Part shown: piece by piece, positions 8,750 to 19,300 of the stretch
How the letters are laid out: the number at the start of each line of letters is the position of its first letter
How positions within the stretch are numbered: position 1 is the first letter of the stretch
IMG/VR virus record: IMGVR_UViG_3300012007_000017
Coordinates: 1 to 64,000 of that record
DNA length: 64,000 nucleotides
Origin: an uncultured virus (IMG/VR IMGVR_UViG_3300012007_000017)
Taxonomy: Duplodnaviria > Heunggongvirae > Uroviricota > Caudoviricetes
Direction: 5' to 3' (one strand)
Translations under genes and position numbers: made by a program
The notes under the pieces: model-generated
Seen by the model: the letters and a program-made list of their open reading frames with translations, nothing else
What the model was told of the DNA's origin: nothing
Databases searched by the model: none

Positions 8750-10552
8750 ATGGCAGTTAATTATGATTTTAGTGGTTATGCCACACGTAATGATCTGCGT
8801 TGTTCTGATGGACGTACAATTCGTAGAGGCGCTTTTAAAGATTGCGATGGAAAAAGAGTGCCTCTTGTCTGGAATCACCAGCACGAAGCTATTTCCAATG
8901 TGATTGGCTTTGCTGATCTGCAGGAAGTTTCAGACGGTATGATCGCGCATTGTGCGTTTAACAACACAGAAGGTGGGAGAGATGGCAGAGAGTGTGTACA
9001 GCACGGCGATGTCGTCTCTCTTTCTATTTATGCAAACCAGCTTCGTCAGGCTGGCGGCGATGTTCTTCACGGTATGATCCGCGAGGTAAGCCTCGTTCTG
9101 GCTGGCGCAAATCCTGGGGCATACATCGAAGAAGTAATCACGCACGGCGATGAGGAAGGACTGTTCTCTGCTGAGATTTACTCTGGCGAACCTATCGAGC
9201 TTTTCCACGCCGATGGAGGAAAAGAGAAAAAGGAGGAAAAACCCGTGGCTGATACTGAAAAGAAAGAAAAGACAATCGGAGAAATCGTAGACACTATGAC
9301 CGATGAGCAGAAGGAAGCTCTCTATGCGCTGGTCGGAATGGCCGCAGAAGGTGCTGGTGAAGACGAAGACGACGAAGATGAAGAAGATTCCGAAGGAGGA
9401 TCCGATATGAAACACAACGCATTCAATGGCGCTTCCGACAGCGTTTATACCGGTGCGGTTCCGGTTGACATGACTCTCATTCATTCCGCAGCTAAGAAGG
9501 TCGGCTCTTACAAAGAGGCCGTATCCCAGATGATCGAGAACGGTGAGCTTACTCACGCTATGACAGTTCCTATGGACGGCATGACTGGCCCTTCCCAGAC
9601 TACAGCAAACCAGACTTACGGTTTCCGCGATCCTGACATGCTCTTCCCGGAGTATAAGTCCCTGAACACTCCTCCGGAATGGATCAAGAGAGACACCGGC
9701 TGGGTGAGCGTATTCCTGAATGGTGCTCATCACCTTCCTTTCTCCCGCATTAAGTCCCAGTTCGCAGATCTTACCGGCGAGCAGGCGAGAGCGAGAGGTT
9801 ATTTGAAGGGCAACACGAAGAAAGAGCAGGTCTTCAGCCTTCTGAAGAGAACAACCGATCCCCAGACCATCTACAAGAAACAGAAGATGGACAGAGACGA
9901 CACCATCGACATCGTCGACTTCGACGTTATCGCTTGGATCAAGGGCGAGATGAGAGGCCAGCTGGACGAGGAAATCGCAAGAGCAGGCCTTATCGGCGAT
10001 GGCAGACTTGCATCCGATGATGACAAGATCTCTGAGGATCACATCAGACCTATCGCTACAGATGTTCCGCTGTTCACCATCCGTGCAACAGTTGATCCCG
10101 GCAAGAATGAGCAGGAGATGGCTAAGAACTTCATCGTATCCGCGATCAAGGCTCGTAAGAACTATAAGGGTTCCGGGAACCCGATCCTCTTCACTACAGA
10201 AGACGTTCTTACCGCTATGCTGCTGATCGAAGACGGCATCGGCCACTTCCTCTATGCTTCTGAGCAGGAGCTTTGCACCAGACTTCGTGTCTCCAGAATC
10301 ATCACCGTTGAGGTTATGGAAGGCTTCCATGTTGATACAACCGATTACGATCAGACCACCGGCGTTGAGCTGCTTGGCATCATCGTGAACCCTGTTGACT
10401 ACAGCTATGGTGCTGACAAGGGCGGCGCTGTTGCTCTGTTCGACGACTTCGACATCGATGTCAACCAGATGAAGTACCTGATCGAGACCAGATGCTCCGG
10501 CGCTCTGACCAAGCCTTTCAGCGCGATCAGACTGACCAAGGCAACGACCTGA
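8750..10552 (+). CDS. Prohead protease-scaffold-major capsid fusion
   Basis: N-terminal FSGYA..., PLVWNH, LSIYA, EVSLVLAGANPGA protease motifs; acidic linker; capsid-size C-terminal region. Confidence 0.9.
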   Translation: MAVNYDFSGYATRNDLRCSDGRTIRRGAFKDCDGKRVPLVWNHQHEAISNVIGFADLQEVSDGMIAHCAFNNTEGGRDGRECVQHGDVVSLSIYANQLRQAGGDVLHGMIREVSLVLAGANPGAYIEEVITHGDEEGLFSAEIYSGEPIELFHADGGKEKKEEKPVADTEKKEKTIGEIVDTMTDEQKEALYALVGMAAEGAGEDEDDEDEEDSEGGSDMKHNAFNGASDSVYTGAVPVDMTLIHSAAKKVGSYKEAVSQMIENGELTHAMTVPMDGMTGPSQTTANQTYGFRDPDMLFPEYKSLNTPPEWIKRDTGWVSVFLNGAHHLPFSRIKSQFADLTGEQARARGYLKGNTKKEQVFSLLKRTTDPQTIYKKQKMDRDDTIDIVDFDVIAWIKGEMRGQLDEEIARAGLIGDGRLASDDDKISEDHIRPIATDVPLFTIRATVDPGKNEQEMAKNFIVSAIKARKNYKGSGNPILFTTEDVLTAMLLIEDGIGHFLYASEQELCTRLRVSRIITVEVMEGFHVDTTDYDQTTGVELLGIIVNPVDYSYGADKGGAVALFDDFDIDVNQMKYLIETRCSGALTKPFSAIRLTKATT

Positions 10553-10584
10553 TCGGTTCAAAATGGTAGTAAAAGGAGTCCACA

Positions 10585-10926
10585 ATGAAGTTCTATGGTA
10601 ACGTCACGTTCGTAATTCAACGAGAAGATCCTGAAGCTCCCGGCGACTGGAAGGAGTACACCATCGTAAAGCCCTATAAGGGAGAATGGAAGCGCTTTAT
10701 TTCTAAGTGGACCCCCGGCAGTAAGATCAACGACGACAAGAGGGTTAACAACGAACTCGAGATTATTGCGGACTCCTTTTCATTAGCTAATTTCACACAG
10801 ATACGATGCGTAGAGTGGATGGGGCACCAATGGTCGGTTCCGACTGTTACGCTCCGCCTGCCTCGCCTTGTATTGGAAGTAGGAGATGTTTACAATGCGG
10901 GAACGGAATCGTTTAGCTCTTCATGA
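10585..10926 (+). CDS. Head-closure/stopper-like protein
   Basis: Size and position after capsid gene. Confidence 0.6.
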   Translation: MKFYGNVTFVIQREDPEAPGDWKEYTIVKPYKGEWKRFISKWTPGSKINDDKRVNNELEIIADSFSLANFTQIRCVEWMGHQWSVPTVTLRLPRLVLEVGDVYNAGTESFSSS

Positions 10927-11209
10927 GAAACTTTGTACAATTCTGGGATCGCGCAATGTATACCACGATCCCCCTTCCACTATGCACATGAATTATCCCT
11001 GTATCGTCTATAAGCGAAATTCAGCATCTCCTCGTTATGCTGATAACAAGAGATACATCATCTGGTATCCGTGGGACGTACAGATTATTTCAAAAGATCC
11101 TGATTTCAGTTTGTTTGACACATTCCTGGACAACTTTGACTACGGCAACGAAGGGGCTCCGTTTGTGGCAGACAACTTACACCATTCCAATTTCACCATT
11201 TATACCTAA
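10886..11209 (+). CDS. Tail terminator/completion protein
   Basis: NVY..PP...M.YPCIVY motif; precedes major tail gene. Confidence 0.65.
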   Translation: MFTMRERNRLALHEKLCTILGSRNVYHDPPSTMHMNYPCIVYKRNSASPRYADNKRYIIWYPWDVQIISKDPDFSLFDTFLDNFDYGNEGAPFVADNLHHSNFTIYT

Positions 11210-11221
11210 GGAGGTAATGAT

Positions 11222-11926
11222 ATGGCTAAACTTGTATGGGATGCTATCGGCGAGCACAAGTATGAGACTGGTGTTGACCACGTAGCCCTCTATAAACCTA
11301 ATGCTCAGAAGAAATACGTCGGCGGCGTAGCTTGGAACGGCGTTTCTTCGATCTCCGAGTCTCCCTCTGGAGCTGACTCTAACCCTATTTATGCAGATAA
11401 CATTAAGTACCTGGATCTGAGATCCGCAGAGGAATTCGGCGCTACGATCGAGTGCTACGCTTATCCTCCGGAATTCGCAGAGTGCAACGGCGAAGCAATC
11501 GTCACAAACGGCGTTGTCATCGGCCAGCAGTCCAGAAAGACCTTCGGCCTTGCTTATCGTTCGATTGTTGGTAACGACCTCGTCTCCAATGACTACGGCT
11601 ATAAGCTGCATCTGATCTACGGTGCAACAGCATCTCCTTCCGAGAAGCAGTACAACACCGTTAACGACAGCCCTGAGGCAGGCACGTTCTCCTTCGAACT
11701 TACGACCACTCCGATCGCGGTCAAGGGATACAAGAACACCGCCCAGCTTACCATCGATTCCACACTGTTCACGACTGAGGCGGCTAAGGCTAAGCTGACG
11801 GCTCTCGAGAATAAGCTGTTCGGCACTGAGCAGGATGAGCCTGAGCTTCCCACTCCTGATGAAGCGCTCGGACTTCTTGGCCTTACGTACAACGAGCAGA
11901 CCCATGCCTGGGAACCGACAACCTGA
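11222..11926 (+). CDS. Major tail protein
   Basis: AWNG, YADN.KY, Y.LHL.Y motifs of siphovirus tail tube; followed by terminator. Confidence 0.85.
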   Translation: MAKLVWDAIGEHKYETGVDHVALYKPNAQKKYVGGVAWNGVSSISESPSGADSNPIYADNIKYLDLRSAEEFGATIECYAYPPEFAECNGEAIVTNGVVIGQQSRKTFGLAYRSIVGNDLVSNDYGYKLHLIYGATASPSEKQYNTVNDSPEAGTFSFELTTTPIAVKGYKNTAQLTIDSTLFTTEAAKAKLTALENKLFGTEQDEPELPTPDEALGLLGLTYNEQTHAWEPTT

Positions 11927-11945
11927 TCGCTATATTTGATCCGTT

Positions 11946-11984
11946 AAAAGGCCCCTGAGCAAATTCTGGGGCCTTTATTTTTTT
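11946..11984 (+). terminator. Rho-independent terminator
   Basis: aaaggcccc...ggggccttt followed by T-run. Confidence 0.8.
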
Positions 11985-12005
11985 ACTTAAAGAAAGGAAA
12001 GAGAC

Positions 12006-12434
12006 ATGCTTAAAAAGAGAATTAAGTACACAGATTACAACGGACTTGAGAGAGAAGAGGATTTCTATTTCAACCTCTCCGAAGCTGAGATCATGAGAAT
12101 GAACTTCACAACCAAGGGAGGCCTTGAGGAGTTCTATAACCGCATCATCGCTGAGCAGGATATGCCTACACTGTACACCTACTTTGAGCAGATTGTTCAG
12201 AGTTCGTATGGTATTAAGTCTCTTGACGGCAAGTCCTTTGAGAAGGATCCCGAGCAGACTAAGAGATTCGTTCAGTGTCCGGCTTATGACAAGCTGATGA
12301 TGGAACTGATCGGCAGCTCCAACGCAGCGGCAGCTTTCTGCAACGCAATCATTCCTAAGCCTCAGGCAGGCACTCAGGTTGTTGCAGGCCCCGGAAGAGC
12401 TCCGGTAGACGGAGTCGCTACTCCTCTGAACTGA
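12006..12434 (+). CDS. Tail assembly chaperone
   Basis: Position between major tail and tape measure genes. Confidence 0.65.
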   Translation: MLKKRIKYTDYNGLEREEDFYFNLSEAEIMRMNFTTKGGLEEFYNRIIAEQDMPTLYTYFEQIVQSSYGIKSLDGKSFEKDPEQTKRFVQCPAYDKLMMELIGSSNAAAAFCNAIIPKPQAGTQVVAGPGRAPVDGVATPLN

Positions 12435-12445
12435 GGTAACGTGCC

Positions 12446-12988
12446 ATGCCTCTTCCGATCCATGTAAAAGCAGTTGAGTTGTTTAACCAGGCTACCGGAA
12501 CTTTCTATTACACAGATCCGCAGACTCTGATTCTCGAGCACTCACTTGTATCGATTTCAAAATGGGAGTCAAAATGGCACAAGATGTACCTCGAGACTCC
12601 TAACAAGACTGCCGACGAGCTGATTGATTACGTCCGCTGCATGACAATCAACAAAAACGTGCCTGATTACGTTTACTATGCTCTGAGTCAGGAGAACATT
12701 GATGAGATTGTTAAGTACATGAATGACCCCATGACGGCTTCCTCGGTTTACGAGCCTAACACAGGTGGACATCACGAACTGGTTTCTTCTGAACTGATCT
12801 ATTACTGGATGATTGCGTATAACATTCCAGTTGAGTTTGAGAAGTGGCACATTAACAGACTTCTGATGCTTATCAAGATCTGTTCTAAGAAGAATTCTAA
12901 GCCGTCTAAGAAAGACAAGGCCGCAATGGATCGCAGAAGGGCTGAAATTAACAGGCAGAGGCTCGCTAAGATGAAGCAAAGAGGCTGA
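12446..12988 (+). CDS. Tail assembly chaperone 2-like protein
   Basis: Position; LEHSLVSISKWES and ELIYYWMI..IP.E..KWH motifs. Confidence 0.55.
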   Translation: MPLPIHVKAVELFNQATGTFYYTDPQTLILEHSLVSISKWESKWHKMYLETPNKTADELIDYVRCMTINKNVPDYVYYALSQENIDEIVKYMNDPMTASSVYEPNTGGHHELVSSELIYYWMIAYNIPVEFEKWHINRLLMLIKICSKKNSKPSKKDKAAMDRRRAEINRQRLAKMKQRG

Positions 12989-12989
12989 T

Positions 12990-13376
12990 ATGGCATCTAT
13001 TATACAGTTTAAGCAGAAGGGAGATTTCAGTAAAACAGAGAGCTTTCTTAAGAAGCTCCGTAAGCTGGATCTCGATTCTGTGTTAGATAAGTACGGTAAG
13101 CTCGGTGTTGACGCTTTGTCTAAGGCAACGCCAGTCGATACCGGTAAGACAGCAGCAAGCTGGGACTATAAGATTTCAAAGACAAGGGATGCCGTTACAA
13201 TCACGTGGACTAACTCTAACGTGAACAACGGGGTCCCTATTGCTTTGCTAATACAGTACGGACACGGTACAGGAACCGGAGGATACGTCCAAGGAATAGA
13301 TTACATCAAACCTGCAATTCGTCCGATCTTCGACGATCTTGCCAAAGCTCTATGGGAGGAGGTGACTAAGCTATGA
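12990..13376 (+). CDS. HK97 gp10-like neck/tail component
   Basis: TPVDTG..A.SW and YGHGT motifs. Confidence 0.7.
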   Translation: MASIIQFKQKGDFSKTESFLKKLRKLDLDSVLDKYGKLGVDALSKATPVDTGKTAASWDYKISKTRDAVTITWTNSNVNNGVPIALLIQYGHGTGTGGYVQGIDYIKPAIRPIFDDLAKALWEEVTKL

Positions 13377-16300
13377 ATAAAGAACTCGAACAGAAGATTG
13401 TTGAGATGAAGTTTGACAACTCTGACTTCGAGCAGAAAGTCGCCCAAAGCTTAGTTACCCTCAAACAGCTTAAAGAGTCCACCAAGATGGAGGACGCTGG
13501 CAAGGGTCTTGAGAATTTGTCCAAGAGTGCTAAGAATCTCGACCTCAGTCATATTGCAGATGGCATTGAGCAGCTCAACGCAAGATTCTCTAACCTTGGT
13601 ATCGTCGGTATGACCATCATGCAGCGTCTTACTAATGCTGCTATTGATATGGGTCAGAAGATTGGCGCAGCTATTACCGAGGCTCCTACGGATGGCTGGA
13701 AAGAGTACGAGCTTAACCTGGATTCAGTTAAGACAATTTTAAATTCAGCGAAAACCGCAGACGGACTACCTGTTACGCTGGATCAGGTTAACCAGAAACT
13801 TGCAGAGCTGAATGAATATTCAGACAAGACCATCTATAGTTTCTCGGACATGACTAACAACATCGGTAAATTTACTAACGCCGGTGTTGATCTGGATTCG
13901 GCTGTTACAGCTATCCAGGGTGTCGCTAACGTAGCAGCCCTCGCAGGTGCCAACGCTAGTGACGCTTCCAGAGCAATGTATAACTTTGGACAGGCACTTG
14001 GTTCCGGTTCTGTTAAGCTGATCGACTGGAAATCAATTGAAAATGCCAACATGGCGACTGTTGATTTCAAAGAGCAGTTAATCCAGACGGCTTTAGAGCT
14101 TAAGACGGTTCGCAAAGAAGGCGATAAGTACGTCTCTACCACAAAGAACATGCAGGGCAAAGTCTCTGATGTGTTCACTGCTACTCAGGGATTTAACGAT
14201 TCCTTGTCTGCGCAGTGGATGACATCCGAGGTTCTGACAAAGACACTTGCTAAATATACCGATGAAACAACCGAACTGGGACAAGCAGCTATTGATGCCG
14301 CAACCCAGGTTACGACATTTTCTAAGATGATTGACACCTTGAAGGAGTCTATGGGCTCTGGATGGATGACAACATGGCAGTATATTTTTGGTGACTTTGA
14401 AGAATCTAAGAAACTCTGGACCGATGTTTATAGAGAACTCGACGGTATTATTCAGAAAGTCGCTGGCGCTCGTAACGAGTTCCTTAAAGGCTGGAAAGAA
14501 GCAGGCGGACGGGATCAGCTTCTCGGAGCTCTTGGCAATATTTGGACAACCGTAAAGTATTATGCAACACTTATATCTAACGCCTTCTCCACTGCATTCC
14601 CTAAGATCGATGCTACGCCTATAGTAGCTATATCTAAGGGTTTCAATGCACTTACGGAGAAAGTCAGACCGGCTCAGGAGAAAATCGACGCACTCACTAA
14701 GACCGTAGAAGGTACCGCAGAAGCCGTAACAGAGGTCGCTGAACGAGCGGAGAAATTCAATGAAATAGTTCAGCAGATCATCAATGGTGACTGGGGTAAC
14801 GGTCAAGAGAGAATAGATCGCCTTCACGAAGCTGGCTATGCGTTTGAGAATCTGCAGAATGCTGTTAATGAGGTTCTCGGCTGTGAGAAGCGTTACGAAA
14901 CGGTAATGTCTGACAACGAAGCTGTCGGCTTATCTGCTAATGAAGTTCTGTCTGAGAATGCAGAGCTGCTAGGCGAGCAAAAGACGAACTTAGAGGCTAT
15001 TACTGAGCAGGTTAAAAAACAGAACCCTATTGTTGGAAACCTTGCTATGATATTGCTCGGCGTTTCGTCTACCGTTAAGGTCATCAAGAAAGCTGCTTCC
15101 GGACTGTGGGGAACCATTGCCAAGGGAGCATCACTTATTGAGGTTCTTCGAAAAGGCTTGAGCTTCATTCTCGATATTTTCGGTACGATCGGCGCTAAGC
15201 TGTATAGCTTCAATAGCTGGATACTGAGCTTTAGCAACTTCTATGGCGTCTTAAACGGCATTAGAATGCGCTTATCTCAAATGTCTGACAGGCTTAAAGA
15301 CACCGGTATTTCCTTCAAAGCGCTGATTGATTTTATTGAGCTGCTGAGAACAGGTCTCGGTAAAGCAGAGCGTAAGGTCATAGAATTCTTTAAGAAATTC
15401 AAAGATGGCGCAAAATCTGTCGGCTTTGACGGCTTAAAGAACGCGTTAATATCTATCGGTAAGTTCATCGGAGGAGCTTTACTGGTTTCTCTGAATGCAC
15501 TGGCCGACATTATTGTACGTGTCTACAACGCAGCAAAGGATCTTAAGGATACTCTTGCCGCAATGCCAATTATTCAGAAGATCACAGGCCATATTCAGGA
15601 AATGTGGGACGAGCTGAAGGGACTTGTTGGCTCCATGAAGGATGCTGACTTCTACGCAACAGTTCTGGCACCCATAATTTCTGGCATTTCCAACACTCTG
15701 AGCAGACTTGGAACAGCTATTCTTCCGATCCTCAGCAGTATATTTGAAGAGATTAAGAAGAAACTTGTAGAGATAGCTACTAAAGTCGAAGAACTCTACA
15801 ATAAACTCAAAGAAGACGGAACGCTCGAGAAGGCCACAACCGCTTTCGAAGACTTCAAGGCAGCTTTGCGCGATATTCCGGAACTCATTACGGCTTTCTA
15901 CAATGCTCTTAAACTTGGAAGATTGCCACTTCTTGAGGAACTTCCTGAGTCGGCTAAGAACTTTGTAACTTCGTTCACCGATCTTAAGGCTCTTGTTCAG
16001 ACTAAGATCGATGAGAAGTTCGCAACCTGGCTTACGACGATATCTGAGTGGTTTAAGAAAGCTCCCACAGAGGAAGAAGTCGGACCGTTTGCCGGATTTG
16101 TTAACAAAATGCGTACAGCCTTCGAAGACTTCAAGGCTACGGCAGAAACAGCAGGAGGCGCAGTCGCTTTATTTTCTACTAAGGTGGCAGATGTTCTTAA
16201 TAAGATCGATTTCAGAGGTGGCGTTATTACTGCTCTGATCGGTTCCATCGCTATATTTGTATTTCGCTGGTCTAAGGTTGGTAAGAGCGCTTCCAAGACA

Positions 16301-19300
16301 CTTAAGGCCCTGGCTACGTTTATAAAGAACGGCGGCCAAGTTGCTAAGAGCGCTTCGGCCAAGTATGACGCGTTTCTTAAGATCGCTGCAGCAATTGGTA
16401 TATTAGCTGGTTCTATCTGGTTAGTAGCCAGTATTCCTGCGGATCGTTTCAGAGAAGCTTGCATTGCTCTTGGCGTAGGCTTTGCGGCAATGGCGGGTAT
16501 AATCACGGCTCTCTCTGTTATGCAGATCCCCGAAGGCAAGATGAAAGAAATCGGAACGGCCTTTGGTGGTTTGGGAGTTGGATTACTTGCCATCGCAGTT
16601 GCAGCTAAGATATTAGCAACCATGGATTTACCTCAGCTTGTTAAGGGCGGAGGAGCGCTGGTTGTGTTCATGGTTTTAATGACCAAGGCTGTTAAAGCAG
16701 CTGGTAATATCGGTCCTGGAGCTGGAGCAGCGTTTGCAGGATTAGGTCTTGCATTACTGTTACTTGCGCCTTCTATTAAGATATTCTCAACCATGGATGC
16801 TCATACGCTTATTAAAGGCGGAGCAGCCGTGTATGTATTTATGCAGATGATCGCCAGATCGGCTAAAGCTGCCGGAGACGCTAAGGGTGCATTTGGTGCG
16901 TTCTTAGGCATATCCTTGGCTCTGTTACTGCTTATTCCGTCCATCAAGCTCCTGAGTAACATGGATGCTAAAACCTTAATTAAGGGCGGAGCGGCTGTGG
17001 CAGCGTTAATGTATATGTTGTCTGACGCAGCGAAGAGAGCTAACGGAGGGTCTAAAGGATTCTTCGGAATGGCTATCGCTATTGGTGTCATTACCGGTGC
17101 GATGTACGTTCTGTCTGGTTTGCCTTGGGCGGCTCTTGTTACATCAGCTCATGCTATGTCGGTTGTACTTACGTCTGTAGCCGAGGCTATGGCTAAGATC
17201 GGCGGCATGGAGTTTAAGGATATTGGTAAGGCGCTTGCAGGACTTGTCGGAGCTATCGTAGTTGTAGGAGGAGCACTATGGCTTCTTACCAAATTTGGTG
17301 ACGGCAAGGAACAGCTTATGGCAGCCCTCGGTATATCCGCGATCCTATTGGCATTCAGCTTAATGGGCCCTACTATCGAGACCTTATCTAAGATCCCGTT
17401 CCAGGCAGGTGTCGTAGCGGCCGGAAACGCTATGGTATTCTTCGGCGCTATGGTAATTTGCTTAGGCGCTCTTGGCGAGATCAGTCAGATGGGCGGAGGC
17501 AAAGCAGGCGATGCAATCGTTAACGGATGTACTTTAATAGGACGTGCTATTTCAGGCTTCCTTGATGGATTCGTTGGAGATACGTTTAACGGCGTCGGTG
17601 AGATGGTCTCTTCGATTGGTGAGCACCTGAGCAGCTTTGGTCAGTCGATCGGAGGATTTATTGATGGCTTATCTAACGTTGACGAGCAGACTGTAACCAA
17701 CGCTAAGAACCTTGCTCTGGCTATATTAGCTATTTGTGGAGCAGACCTTTTGGATGCTCTTACAGGTTGGCTTAGAGGCAGTCATGATCTCGACAGTTTC
17801 AGCGAAAGCTTTGAACCGTTAACGAATGCTGTAATCGCCATGAACGCTGCGCTGGCTAATGAGACTCTTGACAGTGAAAAGATCGGTCAGATGGCTGACG
17901 TTGTAACCAAGATGACTGAACTTGCTGATGCTGTTCCTAAAACCGGTGGAAAGCTACAAGTGCTTACTGGCGTTAAAGATTTGTCTGCGTTTGCAACTGA
18001 CATGAACGAGTTCATCGGCGAAGGCGGGTTCACCGACTTTATGGCTTCGGTCGACAGCCTTAACATTTCGCCGACGGTCCTTGCTAAGATGTTTATGATC
18101 ACGAGCTCTACGTCGGCAATGATTGACCTTGCAAATGCGCTTCCTAAGAGCGGCATTATCTCGACGTTCATCGACGGCACAGCCGATCTTGGAGAGTTCG
18201 CGGCTAACATGGCAGCATTCCTTGCTTACGATAAGTACGGTTTGTTTGTGACGCGCGTTGACTTAGTGGGCGACGCCGATCTTGGTAAGCTTAGAGGTAA
18301 CATTATCCCTGCAACCCAGGAGATGATCAACCTCGCTAGCAAGATCAAAGCTAACACTTCCATTATCGACGCCATCACGGGTCGTACTAATCTTGGTAAG
18401 TTCGGTGAAACCCTTGCTGACTTTGGTGGAGGCATCGAGAAGTTCTCCCTGAGCATCGCGAATGTCTCAACCTTCAAAATGGGTAGTGTAATCGACAGTG
18501 TGCTTAGGATCGCGGAACTCAACGAGAGGGGTACGATCAAGACCAACAACCTGACAACATTTGGTACAGGCATAACATCGATCGGCAGTGCTCTTGGCTC
18601 GTTCTCTACCGCCACTGAGGGTGTTGCTCTCGAGCGCGTTACTGCTGTTGTTATGGGTCTGACGAACCTTCACGAACTCATGATGGTGATAGCAGATTCC
18701 GACTACTCCGGCGTTGATAATTTCGCTGAAGCTATGAGGAAACTCGCTGAAACGTCTGTAACAGAGTTTGTCGAAGGATTCACTACCAACACAGAAGAAG
18801 CTACACTGGCAATTCAAGGCTTTACAAACGCCGTTACGGAGGCTCTTACTGGAGATCCTGAAGCAGTTAAAGCAAAAGCCAGGAGCATCATTACAACGTT
18901 TAGCTCTGAGATCTATGCCCCGAGCGGCGGATTAATGATGCAGGCTTCCGGTGAACATCTGGTTAATAAGCTCATTGATGGCATTAACAACATCAAAGAA
19001 GGTACACTTGAGACTAGCGCAAAGGGTATCATCACAACTCTGAGCGCTGAGATCTATGCTCCCGGCGGTGGACTGATCATGAAGGCGTCCGGTGAGCACA
19101 TGGTAACCTCCATTGTTGAGGGTATTACAGCAATGCTCTCGGAGATCACCAAGGCTGCTCTGACTATTGTTACCATGTACGGTGCAGGAATTCTCTCGAG
19201 AAGAGCGGTCCTTAGCCAGTACGGTAACATTATGGTGGCTGCCGCTTACAACGGCGCAAGGACCAAGAACGAAGACTTCTACGACTTAGGCCAAGATGCT

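Noticed and set aside
8930..10585. 551-aa minus-strand ORF opposite the capsid gene, and many similar antisense ORFs
   Set aside because: Shadow of the strongly biased codon usage of the + strand gene; no RBS or recognisable motifs
12006..12988. Programmed frameshift between tail chaperones
   Set aside because: No clear slippery heptamer seen; second ORF has its own RBS-like gagg and ATG
18886..19105. Internal duplication in tape measure (IITT.S.EIYAP.GGL.M.ASGEH.V twice)
   Set aside because: Real but ordinary for tape measure proteins
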